64,000 bases of DNA from Verrucomicrobiota bacterium. GTDB taxonomy: Bacteria > Verrucomicrobiota > Verrucomicrobiia > Limisphaerales > VHCN01. The stretch is from positions 5,413 through 69,412 of the forward strand of contig VHCN01000011.1 in assembly GCA_016871675.1 (NCBI GenBank), read 5' to 3'. A program made the position numbers and the translations under genes. Position 1 is the stretch's first letter. Every line of letters starts with the position of its first letter. Under the pieces are notes generated by a model. The model ran no database searches. It was given only the letters and a program-made list of their open reading frames with translations, and was not told the DNA's origin. Below, one piece after another: positions 16,427 to 25,901 of this stretch.

Positions 16427-17384
16427 TTTTCTTTTTGGTTCGCGAAGGCTTGCTGGACTTCGGTGTTGGGGCGGGCGCCCGCGAAGCCTCGACCCAGAGC
16501 GCGGGAAGATGATTGGTGACCGAAAGGTCGAGCGTGGCGATGGCCTTGTTATTGCGCGCGCCGAGTTCGTGGATCGTGCGCCACCGGCGGATTTGCGTGT
16601 CAGGCGGAATCGTCGTGGCAAACGTCACGCGGCTGCCCTGCCCCGTGGTCACGAGGAGGACTTCCGGCGCGCTCAAATCCACCCGCCGGATGTCCGTGGC
16701 CGAGGCCATCTCCGACTCGTCGAAGAGCGAGAGCAATCGCAGCGCGGACCGGAGCTTGGGTGAGAAGACCGGCTGGCCGGCGCGCAGTTCGACTCCCGCC
16801 GCGCCCGTGAGGACGGGCAACTGGCCCACGAGCGGGAAAAGCGGCTCCTTCGTGATGTGCGGCGCGGGCACGGGATAAACGATGCCGGCGGGATCGAGGA
16901 AGAACGGCTCCGCGGCCATGCCCGCGCCCGAAGCCCGGGGCCGCACGTCGTAAATCACGGCCACCGCCTCGCGCTCGGTCACGCGCAGACGCAGTATGTT
17001 CGGCAACACGCGCTCGACGGCCACCGAGTCGACGATCGGCTGGAGTTCGAGATCGCGCTTGATGCGGCGCAAGTCCAGGCCCATCAGGTTTTCGCCGGGC
17101 TTCACCCCGGCCCAACGCACGACGACTTCCGGAAGCAGCGCGCCGCTGCAATGCACGTCAACGGTCTTCAACGCGAACGCGGGATTCCGATAGATGAGCG
17201 CGTCGAGCGCGTAGGCGCCGGCCTGCCAGAGCACCACGAGCACGAGCGCGGCGCCGAGCACGGCGGTGAGCGCCCGGCCCGCGAATCGAACCGCGACCGC
17301 GCCCGCCTGCTGCTGGTGCAGCTTCACGTCGAGCACGTGGTCGCGCCGGTGGCGCGCGTTGCTTCGATTGCGTTTCCAGAACAT
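16419..17384 (-). CDS. ftsQ: cell division protein FtsQ
   Basis: Single N-terminal TM (VLGAALVLVVLW) plus POTRA-like FALKTVDVHC...GENLMGLDL. Lies between ddl and ftsA. Confidence 0.8.
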   Translation of the reverse strand: MFWKRNRSNARHRRDHVLDVKLHQQQAGAVAVRFAGRALTAVLGAALVLVVLWQAGAYALDALIYRNPAFALKTVDVHCSGALLPEVVVRWAGVKPGENLMGLDLRRIKRDLELQPIVDSVAVERVLPNILRLRVTEREAVAVIYDVRPRASGAGMAAEPFFLDPAGIVYPVPAPHITKEPLFPLVGQLPVLTGAAGVELRAGQPVFSPKLRSALRLLSLFDESEMASATDIRRVDLSAPEVLLVTTGQGSRVTFATTIPPDTQIRRWRTIHELGARNNKAIATLDLSVTNHLPALWVEASRAPAPTPKSSKPSRTKKKNV

Positions 17385-17440
17385 GGCGTGTCAGTTTCGA
17401 GTGCCGGCGGTTGCGCGGGGCGTGTTCACGGTCGTGGGAC

Positions 17441-18346
17441 TCACCGCGTCCGGCTCGATGCCAGTTCGATCATGCGGTCGCACAAGGTTGCATAATCGAT
17501 CCCCGCGGCGGCGGCCGCTTTCGGCAGCAGGCTCAACTCGGTCATGCCGGGCAGCGTGTTCACCTCGAGCACCACGGGGCTGCCGTCGTCGCGCACCATC
17601 ACGTCCACGCGGGCATAATCCCGGCCGCCGATGGCGTGGAACGCCCCGAGCCCCGAGCGCTGGATGCGCTGCGTCGTCGCGCTGTCGAAGGGCGCGGGGC
17701 ACAGATACTCCGTGGTCCCCGCCGTGTATTTGGTCTGGTAATCGTAGCGGCCCGCCTTCGGCCGCACCTCGACGACGGGCAGCGGCCGGCCGTCGAGAAT
17801 GCCCACCGTGGTTTCGCGCCCGGCGATGCGCTCCTCCATCAACACTTCGTTGTCGAAACGAAACGCGGCCTTGAGCGCGGCGGGAAAATCCTCCGCGCGG
17901 TCCACAAACTGCAGGCCGACGCTCGACCCCTGGCGCACCGGCTTGAGCACGACGGGCGCCTGCCATCCCGCAGGCCACGGCGAGTCGGCGGACTGGAACA
18001 CGGCGAACCGCGCGGTGGGAACGCCGTGCTCGATGCAACGCCGCTTGGTAAGCACCTTGTCGAAGCCCGTGCGGCTCGCTTCCACGCCGCAGCCGGTGAA
18101 GGGGATTCCGAGTCCATCGAGTTGCGCCTGCACCGTGCCGTCCTCGCCGTAAGTGCCGTGGAGCGCCAGAAACACGACCTCCGTGCCGGGCGCAAGCGTC
18201 CAGCCCGCCGCGATAGGGTCGAGTTCGTGGACGGTGTGCCCGATCGAGCGCAGCGCCCGCGTGACGGCGGCGCCGCTGTTGAGCGACACCTCGCGCTCCG
18301 AGCCCGGTCCCCCGAGCATCACGGTGATGTTGCGTTTCTTGCCCAT
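17441..18346 (-). CDS. ddl: D-alanine--D-alanine ligase
   Basis: ITVMLGGPGSEREVSLNSG, FLALHGTYGEDGTVQ, EVNTLPGMT. Confidence 0.93.
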   Translation of the reverse strand: MGKKRNITVMLGGPGSEREVSLNSGAAVTRALRSIGHTVHELDPIAAGWTLAPGTEVVFLALHGTYGEDGTVQAQLDGLGIPFTGCGVEASRTGFDKVLTKRRCIEHGVPTARFAVFQSADSPWPAGWQAPVVLKPVRQGSSVGLQFVDRAEDFPAALKAAFRFDNEVLMEERIAGRETTVGILDGRPLPVVEVRPKAGRYDYQTKYTAGTTEYLCPAPFDSATTQRIQRSGLGAFHAIGGRDYARVDVMVRDDGSPVVLEVNTLPGMTELSLLPKAAAAAGIDYATLCDRMIELASSRTR

Positions 18347-18436
18347 GTTCTGCCCCGCTGCCCCAACTCTTCCGGAATCCCGGCCCCACTCTCCAGCCTC
18401 AGGCCGTGCGAGGCGCGACCGGCGAGACGCGGCGCT

Positions 18437-20869
18437 TCACACATCCTCGCCCACGATCTCCACCTCGGTCTCCAACTCAATCCCACGCGACTCGCGGGCG
18501 TGCTGCTTGATGACTTCGATCAATTGCAAAACATCCCACGCCTTTGCGCCGGGCTCGGTGACGATGAAGTTGGCGTGCACATCGCTGACCATCGCGCCGC
18601 CGACGTGCCGGCCCTTCAGGCCGAGCTCGTCGATGAGTTTGCCGGCGGGCATCGGTGTCGGGTTCTTGAAGATGCACCCGGCGCTCGGATTGCGCGGCTG
18701 AGACGTCCACCGGCGCTGCTGGCACTCGGTCATGCGTTTCACGATGTCCTCGCGCGCAGCCATGCGGCCCTTGAAGACGGCGCCGAGCGCAATGTGCGTC
18801 TGTAACATCGGGCACGAGCGATACGCCACGTCGAGCTGGCTCACGGGCTTGATGTGAATCTGCCCCTCGTAGTCCATGAAGCGCACGCTCTCGACGACAT
18901 CAAACGTCCAGGAGCCCATCGCGCCGGCGTTCATGCGGAGCGCGCCGCCGACGCTGCCCGGGATGCCCTCGATGAATTCGAGCCCCGAGATGCCATGGCG
19001 CCTCGCCTCGTTCGCCACGCTCCGAAGCCGCGCCCCCGCGCCGCAGCGCAGCCGCTCGCCCTGCACCTGCACTTTGCTGAAACACGCGTGGCCGAGTGAA
19101 ATCACAACGCCGCGAATCCCGCCGTCCCGGATGAGCAGGTTCGAGCCGCGCCCAAGCAGCATGAAGGGCAGCGACCGCTCGCGGCAGAAATTCAGGACGT
19201 CTGAAAGCTCCGCCTCGCTCGCGGGCTCGACGAAGAAATCCGCCTTGCCGCCGACGCGCAGCGTGGTGCGATTGGCGAGCGTTTCGTTGGCGCGGACGAC
19301 CGTGCCCGGCGCAAGGCGCGCGGCAAGGTCGGCGAGGGTCTGCCGGTGCGAGGGCGGCGTCTCGTCACGGAGTTTTCCGGCCATAAGATGGGCGGCTTGG
19401 GTGATGTCGCCCGCGCCGAGGAAGAGCGCGACATCGCCGGGTTGCATCGCGTTGCGCACGAGCGCGGGCAGGTCGGCGAGCACGGGCACGAACTCGGCGG
19501 ATTGCCCCGCGGCCCGCACCGCCTCAGCGAAGGCCAGTCCGTTCACGCCGGGGATCTCCGGCTCGTTGGCCGCATAAACCTCCGCGATCCACAAACGGTC
19601 GGCCATCGCGAAGCTCGTCGCGAACTGCCGGAGGAGGTGGCGCGTGCGGGAGTAGCGGTGCGGCTGGAACGCGACCAGCAGCCGTCCGCTCGTCAGCGAT
19701 TTCATCGCGCGCAACGTCGCCTGCACTTCGCGCGGATGGTGACCGTAGTCATCAAACAGCCGGAAGTTCTCGTCGCTGAACAACTCCTGCTGGCGGCGGA
19801 GCGCGCCCTTGAACGCGCCGATGGCCTCGTCGATTTCGGCGGGACGAAAACCCATCTCGGCCAGCAGCGCGATCACGCACGCGGCGTTGGACACGTTTTT
19901 CTCGCCGGCAAGATGGAGCGTGAATTCGCCGAGGGTCTCGCCCTCATGCCACAGCTCGAATGCCGTGAGCACCGCGGCGGACTTGCCCCGCGGCGCCGCC
20001 GGCGGCTTTGGCTCGATGCGATACATCGCCAGCGGATTGAAGCCCACGGACACGGCGTTGGGCCGGCGCGCGAGCAGCGTGACGAGCTGCGGGTCGTCGG
20101 CGCAGAACACGAGCTTGCCGCGCGTCTGCTCGGCGAACTGCTGGAACTCGCCGCAGATCGCCTCGAAATTCGAGAAATAATCGAGGTGCTCCTCGTCCAC
20201 GTTGAGCACGATCGAGTGCTCGGGGTGGAACTCGCACAGCGTGCCGTCGCTCTCGTCGGCTTCGATCACAAACCACCGCTCGGGCCGGACTTCGTGGCCG
20301 TGCCCGCGACGCGGCGCGTCCTCGCGCGCGACCACGCCGGCGGCGACGGGCGATTGATCGGCGCCGACGAAGTGCGCGGGCCGGCCGAGTTGCGGCACGA
20401 CCGCGCCGATGGCGTAGCTGGGCTGGACCTTGAGTTGATCGAGCGCAAAGGCGAGCATGCCGGCCGTGGTGGTCTTGCCGTGCATGCCCGCGACGCAGAT
20501 GCCGCGCTGCCGGTGGAACAGCGCGGCGAGCATCACCGCGCGGCGCGCGATGGGGATCTGACGTTGCAAGGCGGCCTCAAGTTCCACGTTGTCCTTCGGG
20601 ATCGCGCTGGAATGGACGACGAGCGAGGGCTTCGCGGCGATGATCTGCGCGGCGTTGTGGCCGACGAAGAGCTTCGCGCCGCGCGCACGCAACTGCCGCA
20701 TCTCGTCGTTCTCGACGAGGTCCGAGCCCACGACCTGGTGGCCGAGGTCGAGCAACAGGTGCGCGAGGCCGTTCATGCCGCTGCCCCCGATGCCGACGAG
20801 ATACACCGTCGCCACCGGGTCGGCCCGGTGCAGGATGGCGTTCACTTCCTGGGCGGTGAGTCGGATCAT
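18437..20869 (-). CDS. murC/murB: bifunctional UDP-N-acetylmuramate--L-alanine ligase / UDP-N-acetylenolpyruvoylglucosamine reductase (MurC-MurB fusion)
   Basis: 810 aa with no internal stop. The N-terminal part (VYLVGIGGSGMNGLA...GMHGKTTT...) matches MurC. The C-terminal ~300 aa (NRTTLRVGGKADFFVEP...LGRGSNLLI...GIPGSVGGALRMNAGA) match MurB. The ATG overlaps the murG stop (ATGA). Confidence 0.9.
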   Translation of the reverse strand: MIRLTAQEVNAILHRADPVATVYLVGIGGSGMNGLAHLLLDLGHQVVGSDLVENDEMRQLRARGAKLFVGHNAAQIIAAKPSLVVHSSAIPKDNVELEAALQRQIPIARRAVMLAALFHRQRGICVAGMHGKTTTAGMLAFALDQLKVQPSYAIGAVVPQLGRPAHFVGADQSPVAAGVVAREDAPRRGHGHEVRPERWFVIEADESDGTLCEFHPEHSIVLNVDEEHLDYFSNFEAICGEFQQFAEQTRGKLVFCADDPQLVTLLARRPNAVSVGFNPLAMYRIEPKPPAAPRGKSAAVLTAFELWHEGETLGEFTLHLAGEKNVSNAACVIALLAEMGFRPAEIDEAIGAFKGALRRQQELFSDENFRLFDDYGHHPREVQATLRAMKSLTSGRLLVAFQPHRYSRTRHLLRQFATSFAMADRLWIAEVYAANEPEIPGVNGLAFAEAVRAAGQSAEFVPVLADLPALVRNAMQPGDVALFLGAGDITQAAHLMAGKLRDETPPSHRQTLADLAARLAPGTVVRANETLANRTTLRVGGKADFFVEPASEAELSDVLNFCRERSLPFMLLGRGSNLLIRDGGIRGVVISLGHACFSKVQVQGERLRCGAGARLRSVANEARRHGISGLEFIEGIPGSVGGALRMNAGAMGSWTFDVVESVRFMDYEGQIHIKPVSQLDVAYRSCPMLQTHIALGAVFKGRMAAREDIVKRMTECQQRRWTSQPRNPSAGCIFKNPTPMPAGKLIDELGLKGRHVGGAMVSDVHANFIVTEPGAKAWDVLQLIEVIKQHARESRGIELETEVEIVGEDV

Positions 20870-22062
20870 GACGCGGTGTGAAGGAGTGTTTCGCGGAGCA
20901 AGCCCGGGTCGCCGCTGCAGCCGGGACGCTGCGGGGCGGCGGGTCGCGGGGCGTCGACGGCCAGGCCGATCGCGGCAAGAATCCGCCCGGCGATGCGCGC
21001 GGCGGCGCCGGGTTGGTGCCATTGCGCGAGGGCGGAACTTATCGCGTCCCGCGCGGCGGCCTGCGCGAGCAATTCGAGAACGGTCCGCGCGAGGTCCGCG
21101 GGCGTGGCGTGGTGATTCCACAACATCCGGGCCGCGCCCGTGCGCTCGAACGCACGCGCGTTGAACCACTGGTGATTGTCGGCGGCGTGCGGGTATGGCA
21201 CGAGCACGGACGGCACGCGCAGCGCGGCAAGTTCCGCGAGCGTGGAGGCGCCCGCGCGGGACACGGCGACGGTGGCGGCGCTCATCGCGAGTTCCATCCG
21301 CGCAAAGAAGGGCCGCACGACGGCGCGAACGCGCAGCTTCGCGAGCGCGGCGAGCGCCTTCGGTTCGTCGCCGGGGCCGGTGAGGTGGACGAGTTGCAAT
21401 CCGGGCGCGGACTCCGTGATCGCGGGGAGCGCGGCGAGCACGAGGTCGTTCACCCCGCGCGCGCCCTGGCTGCCGCCCATCACGAGCAACACGGGCTGCG
21501 AGGGGTCGAGCCCAAGCGCGGCCCGCGCGGCAGCGGAATCCTGCGGCTGGAATTGCGCGCGAACCGGCGTGCCCGTAAGCGTGACGCGCGTCGCGGCAAG
21601 TTGCGCGGCTGCGGAGTCGAAGCCGGTGAACGCCTCGTCCGCGATGCGCGAGAGAAGGCGGTTCGCGCGGCCGGGAACGGCGTTGGACTCGTGCAGGAAA
21701 ATCTTGGCGCCACCACGACGGCCGGCGACGGCCGCGGGCAGGCTCGTGAACCCTCCCATCGCGAGCACGGCAGACGGCTTGCGCTGCTTGAAAAGTCCGC
21801 GCGCCTCGGCGTGGCTGCGCAACGCGGCGCCCGCAAAGCGGACCGGGTGCCGCCAGTCCCACCCGACGGCCGGGAGCGCGACAGCTTCGATCTCGGGCGC
21901 GGTGCGCGCGGCTTCGTGATCCACGTCCTTCCGCGAGATGAGCAGCACGCAATCCGCGCCGCGGGCTCGAAGCTCGGTGGCGACGGCGATGCCGGGGAAC
22001 AGGTGCCCGCCGGTGCCTCCGCAGGCGAGGGCGACAAACGGCTTGGCGGGCGCCGGGGTCAT
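20866..22062 (-). CDS. murG: UDP-N-acetylglucosamine--LPS/lipid I N-acetylglucosamine transferase MurG
   Basis: Internal ATG 22062. ACGGTGGHLFPGIAVA...GGSQGA... Confidence 0.9.
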   Translation of the reverse strand: MTPAPAKPFVALACGGTGGHLFPGIAVATELRARGADCVLLISRKDVDHEAARTAPEIEAVALPAVGWDWRHPVRFAGAALRSHAEARGLFKQRKPSAVLAMGGFTSLPAAVAGRRGGAKIFLHESNAVPGRANRLLSRIADEAFTGFDSAAAQLAATRVTLTGTPVRAQFQPQDSAAARAALGLDPSQPVLLVMGGSQGARGVNDLVLAALPAITESAPGLQLVHLTGPGDEPKALAALAKLRVRAVVRPFFARMELAMSAATVAVSRAGASTLAELAALRVPSVLVPYPHAADNHQWFNARAFERTGAARMLWNHHATPADLARTVLELLAQAAARDAISSALAQWHQPGAAARIAGRILAAIGLAVDAPRPAAPQRPGCSGDPGLLRETLLHTAS

Positions 22063-22064
22063 GG

Positions 22065-23201
22065 CTAGGTGGTGGTCAGTGGCAAGGCGCGGCTGGGCGT
22101 GGGCTGCACCAGCGGGAGTGGCGACTCGATTTGCCGCGCGACACTGATCAGCACACCGAGCGCGGTGAGGGTCATGAGGAGGTTCGAGCCGCCGTAGCTG
22201 ATGAACGGGAGCGGCAGCCCCTTGTTCGGAAGGATGCTCGTGACGACGGCGATGTTGATGAACGCCTGGAAGCCGATGAGGAACGTGACGCCGCACGCGA
22301 GCAACTGGCCGAACGTGTCGCGCGCCCGCCACGCGATCCAGACACCACTGCAAAAAAGCGCGATGAACGCGAGGACCACCCCGAGCGTGACGACCAGACC
22401 GAGTTCCTCGCCGATGACGGGCAGGATGAAGTCGGTGTGATGCTCCGGGATGAAGCCGAGCTTCTGCCGGCCCTCGCCGAGCCCGACGCCATCGACGCCG
22501 CCAGCGACGAACGCGAGCAAGCCCTGCCACACCTGCCAGTCCGCGTCGGTGATGCGCACGTCGGGGTCGAGTTGGATCAGCTTGAGCCAGCTCTCCACGC
22601 GGGCCATGCGCACCGGGTCGTGGTAGATGGACCACGCGATCCCGCCCGCGGCGAGCAGGAGCGGCGGGATGACCATCCGCAGCTTCACGCCCGCGACGAT
22701 GAGCATCGTGCCTGTGACCGCGCCCATGAGGATCGTCGTGCCGCGGTCCGGCTCGATGAAGATGAGGAGGAGCACGCAGCCGATGAGGGCCGAAGGCCAG
22801 GCGATGCCGCGCCAGAACTCGCCCATGTGCCGGCGTTGCCAGTCACAATACGCGGCGACCCCGATGATGAGCGCGAGCTTGGCGAACTCGGACGGCTGGA
22901 AGTTCACCGGGCCAAAGCTGAACCAGCGCCGCGCGCCGCCGATTTTCCTGCCGATGTTTGGGAAGAGCACGAGCACGAGCATGATGACGGCGATGGCGAG
23001 GAACACCCAACTCCACCTGCGGAGCCGCTGGTAATCGGTCGCACCGGCGATGACGCACGCGAAGATTCCAACGCCCGCCCACGCCATCTGAAGCAGCATG
23101 AAGTGCGCACCTTTGTCCGCCATTCGCGAGCTGTAGAGCATCACAAGCCCGAGGACGAGCAGTCCGCAGGTGCTGATGACGAGGGTCGGGATGGCTTTCA
23201 A
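22065..23201 (-). CDS. ftsW: SEDS glycosyltransferase FtsW
   Basis: Polytopic membrane protein. FQPSEFAKLALII, PEHHTDFI, LPFISYGGSN. TTG start. Confidence 0.9.
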   Translation of the reverse strand: MKAIPTLVISTCGLLVLGLVMLYSSRMADKGAHFMLLQMAWAGVGIFACVIAGATDYQRLRRWSWVFLAIAVIMLVLVLFPNIGRKIGGARRWFSFGPVNFQPSEFAKLALIIGVAAYCDWQRRHMGEFWRGIAWPSALIGCVLLLIFIEPDRGTTILMGAVTGTMLIVAGVKLRMVIPPLLLAAGGIAWSIYHDPVRMARVESWLKLIQLDPDVRITDADWQVWQGLLAFVAGGVDGVGLGEGRQKLGFIPEHHTDFILPVIGEELGLVVTLGVVLAFIALFCSGVWIAWRARDTFGQLLACGVTFLIGFQAFINIAVVTSILPNKGLPLPFISYGGSNLLMTLTALGVLISVARQIESPLPLVQPTPSRALPLTTT

Positions 23202-23348
23202 CCGTGGTCCGAGGAGGCGCGGCGCATCGGGGCAAGACGGCGGATCGGGGACACACCCGGCCCCGGGATCTGCGTCAAGTTTCGATTGCGTCGCGAGCGT
23301 TTCATGTTGCGAGGCAGTTTCTCCCGAAGTTGCGCTGGGTTTGTCGGG

Positions 23349-24176
23349 CTACGGGCTCTTCGGCGGGGGAATGACGCCGCCCTCGGGCACGGGCGCGGGC
23401 GCGGGCGCGGGCGCAGGTGTGCCGTTGGATTTCTTGCCGTTGCCCTGCGGGATGATGAGCTTCTGGCCGACCTTGATGGTGTCGGTCGGGAGGTTGTTCG
23501 CCTCCTTGATGCGCGCGACGGTGGTGTTGTTGGCCCTGGCGATTTTCTCGAGCCGGTCGCCGGACTTGACCACGTAAGTGCCGGGCTCGGCGGCCTTGCC
23601 GGCGCCGTTCGAGGTTCCGGCGGGGGGCGCCTTCGCGGCGGGCGCGGGGATGTTGATCTTCTGACCGAGCTTGAGCTTCTTGGGATCGACACCGGGGTTG
23701 GCGTTTTCGATGTCCTTCATTGGCACGTTGTATTTCTTGCCCATGCTGTAGAAGGAATCGCCCGTGGCGACGACGTGCGAGGATGGCGTCGCCACGGGAA
23801 TCTCGCTGGCGGTGGTCCGTGGCGGAGGCGCCGCGTTCGTGACGACGATGGGCGTTGGCGGCGTGATGACCGCGGTGTTGGATTGCTGGGCGATCGGCGT
23901 CGGGATGACGACGGGATTGGAAGCCGGCGTGATCGGCGTCGGCGGCTGCTGGAGCCAGTCGTTCGTGTTGATCGGCGGCAGGCTGCCGGTGTTTCCCTTC
24001 CCCGTTGTGCCCGGCGTGCCGGGGTCGTCTTTCTTGCAGCCGCTCATCAGGATGCCGCCCAGCACGATGGCGTGGATGGCCAGGAAGATGATGACGACGA
24101 TGGGCAGGTTGGGCTTCTTGCGGGCTTTCTGCTCGAGCAGGGAGCCTTGGGGGTTGATGGGATTTGGAGTGCTCAT
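23349..24176 (-). CDS. double-LysM peptidoglycan-binding lipoprotein
   Basis: Signal KARKKPNLPIVVIIFLAIHAIVLGGILMSGC (lipobox-like), a Pro/Thr-rich linker, and two LysM repeats (HVVATGDSFYSMGKKY...GQKINIP; YVVKSGDRLEKIARAN...GQKLIIP). Confidence 0.8.
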   Translation of the reverse strand: MSTPNPINPQGSLLEQKARKKPNLPIVVIIFLAIHAIVLGGILMSGCKKDDPGTPGTTGKGNTGSLPPINTNDWLQQPPTPITPASNPVVIPTPIAQQSNTAVITPPTPIVVTNAAPPPRTTASEIPVATPSSHVVATGDSFYSMGKKYNVPMKDIENANPGVDPKKLKLGQKINIPAPAAKAPPAGTSNGAGKAAEPGTYVVKSGDRLEKIARANNTTVARIKEANNLPTDTIKVGQKLIIPQGNGKKSNGTPAPAPAPAPVPEGGVIPPPKSP

Positions 24177-24272
24177 GGTTGGGGTGTGTTGGGTGTTGCT
24201 GCGTTTGCCGCCGGACGGGCAGTCCTGGCGCAAATTGTCATAGATAGTTTGTCTGGCGTCTGTCCTGTGGCG

Positions 24273-25712
24273 TCAGTGTGGTGATGCGGGCTTGGGGGCT
24301 CCACCAGAAATGGGGCCCGTCCCGGATGCGCCACCATCCGTAGCCCGGGCCCACTGTTTGACTGCCTGTCGAAACACTTCTCCCCGCTGTCGGTAATCTT
24401 GAAACTGGTCAAAGCTCGAACAGGCCGGCGACAATAACACGACGTCGCCGGGTTCCGCCTTTTCTGCCGCGCCGAACACAGCTTCTATCAGCGTGTCCTT
24501 GACGGCGCAAGGTGTAAACAGGCTCCACGCCGCGCGCAGTTTCGCGCGGGTCTCGCCGACGAGGAATGCCTCGCGCACACGGTGCGCCAGCAGCGGCCCG
24601 ATGTCGTGAAAATCAAATCCCTTGTCGCGTCCCCCGGCGATGAGCCACACGTTGGGCTCGCCAGGCCGGGAGGCAGGCATCGAGCGGAGCGCCTTTGCCA
24701 CGGCATCGAGGTTCGTGGCCTTCGAGTCGTTGATGAACTTCACGCCATGGACCTCGGCGACGAGTTCGCACCGGTGCTCGCCGGGTTGGTAAGAGCAGAG
24801 CGACTCGACCACGAGCTCGAGCGGCAGCCGGAGGACCCGGCCCACCGCAAGCGCGGCCATCAGATTCTCGGCGTTGTGCTGGCCGCGGAGTTTTGTGCGC
24901 TCCATGTCGAGCAACGGCCCCTCCCAACCTTCGATGCGGCTGATGAGGAGGCTGCGGTCCATCCAGATGTCGGCGCGGCGGTTGTTCGCGCTGAACGTGA
25001 GCGTCTTGGACGGCACCTTGCACCCGAGCGACCGCAGTTGCGCAAGCGCCTCGCTCTGGACGATGGCCCAGTCGAACGGCTGCTGGTTTTCGAAAAGCCG
25101 CGCCTTGGTCCGCACGTAATCGGCCATGCTCGCGTAGCGGTCGAGGTGGTCCGGTGTGATGTTGAGCAGCACGGCGACCGACGGCCGGAAGTGCTGGATG
25201 CCCTCGAGCTGGAACGAACTGACCTCGACCGTGAGGTAGTCCAGCTCCCGCGTGCGCCCGACGATGTCGCACACGGGCGTGCCGATGTTGCCGGCGGCAA
25301 GCGTGTGTTTGTGGGAGTGTGTGAGGGCGCGCTCGACAAGCTCGGTGGTGGTGGTCTTGCCGTTGGTGCCGGTGATGGCGATGTTCAGGCAGACGGTGTG
25401 CTGGTAGCCGAGCTCGAGCTCGCTGATGAGCGGCACCTCGCGCGCGGCAAGGTCCTTCACCAGACGGAGCGTCGACGGCACGCCGGGACTCAAGACGGCG
25501 AGGTCGAAATGCCCCACCGGCGGAATCGTCGCGCCCAACTCCACGCGAACGCCCCCGGCGGCGAGTTGCGCGGCCGTCTCGCGCAACGCCGGCGTGTCCG
25601 CGCTGTCCACGGCAGTGACCCGCGCGCCGTGCGCCTTGAGCATGAGGCACGCGGCCCGTCCACTCGACCCGAGGCCGAGGACGAGCACGGATTGGTTGGC
25701 GTGGGAGGGCAT
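24273..25712 (-). CDS. murD: UDP-N-acetylmuramoylalanine--D-glutamate ligase
   Basis: VLVLGLGSSG, ITGTNGKTTTT, and the overall Mur ligase pattern. Confidence 0.92.
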   Translation of the reverse strand: MPSHANQSVLVLGLGSSGRAACLMLKAHGARVTAVDSADTPALRETAAQLAAGGVRVELGATIPPVGHFDLAVLSPGVPSTLRLVKDLAAREVPLISELELGYQHTVCLNIAITGTNGKTTTTELVERALTHSHKHTLAAGNIGTPVCDIVGRTRELDYLTVEVSSFQLEGIQHFRPSVAVLLNITPDHLDRYASMADYVRTKARLFENQQPFDWAIVQSEALAQLRSLGCKVPSKTLTFSANNRRADIWMDRSLLISRIEGWEGPLLDMERTKLRGQHNAENLMAALAVGRVLRLPLELVVESLCSYQPGEHRCELVAEVHGVKFINDSKATNLDAVAKALRSMPASRPGEPNVWLIAGGRDKGFDFHDIGPLLAHRVREAFLVGETRAKLRAAWSLFTPCAVKDTLIEAVFGAAEKAEPGDVVLLSPACSSFDQFQDYRQRGEVFRQAVKQWARATDGGASGTGPISGGAPKPASPH

Positions 25713-25742
25713 GTCAGCGGCCGCGGGGCGGCTTCACAGCAC

Positions 25743-25882
25743 GGGCACGAAGGGACACGAATAGGCGGGCAATGTAGCAGGCGTGTTCTGGCGAACACAG
25801 TTCAGACGCTCCCTGAATGAAGCGGGCGGCGTCCCGATACCTCGGGACGCCGGCCCAGTGGAGTTCGTGCCCTTTCGTGCCC
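25743..25882. repeat. inverted pairs of GGGCACGAA-type 9/10-mers flanking two perfect palindromes (mraY-murD spacer)
   Basis: GGGCACGAA GGGACACGAA (25743-25761) versus TTCGTGCCC TTTCGTGCCC (25864-25882). Inside are GTGTTC-tggc-GAACAC (25783-25798) and GGCGTCCCGA-tacc-TCGGGACGCC (25828-25851). Confidence 0.65.
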
Positions 25883-25901
25883 ATGCTGGATTTCAGTTTC
25901 A

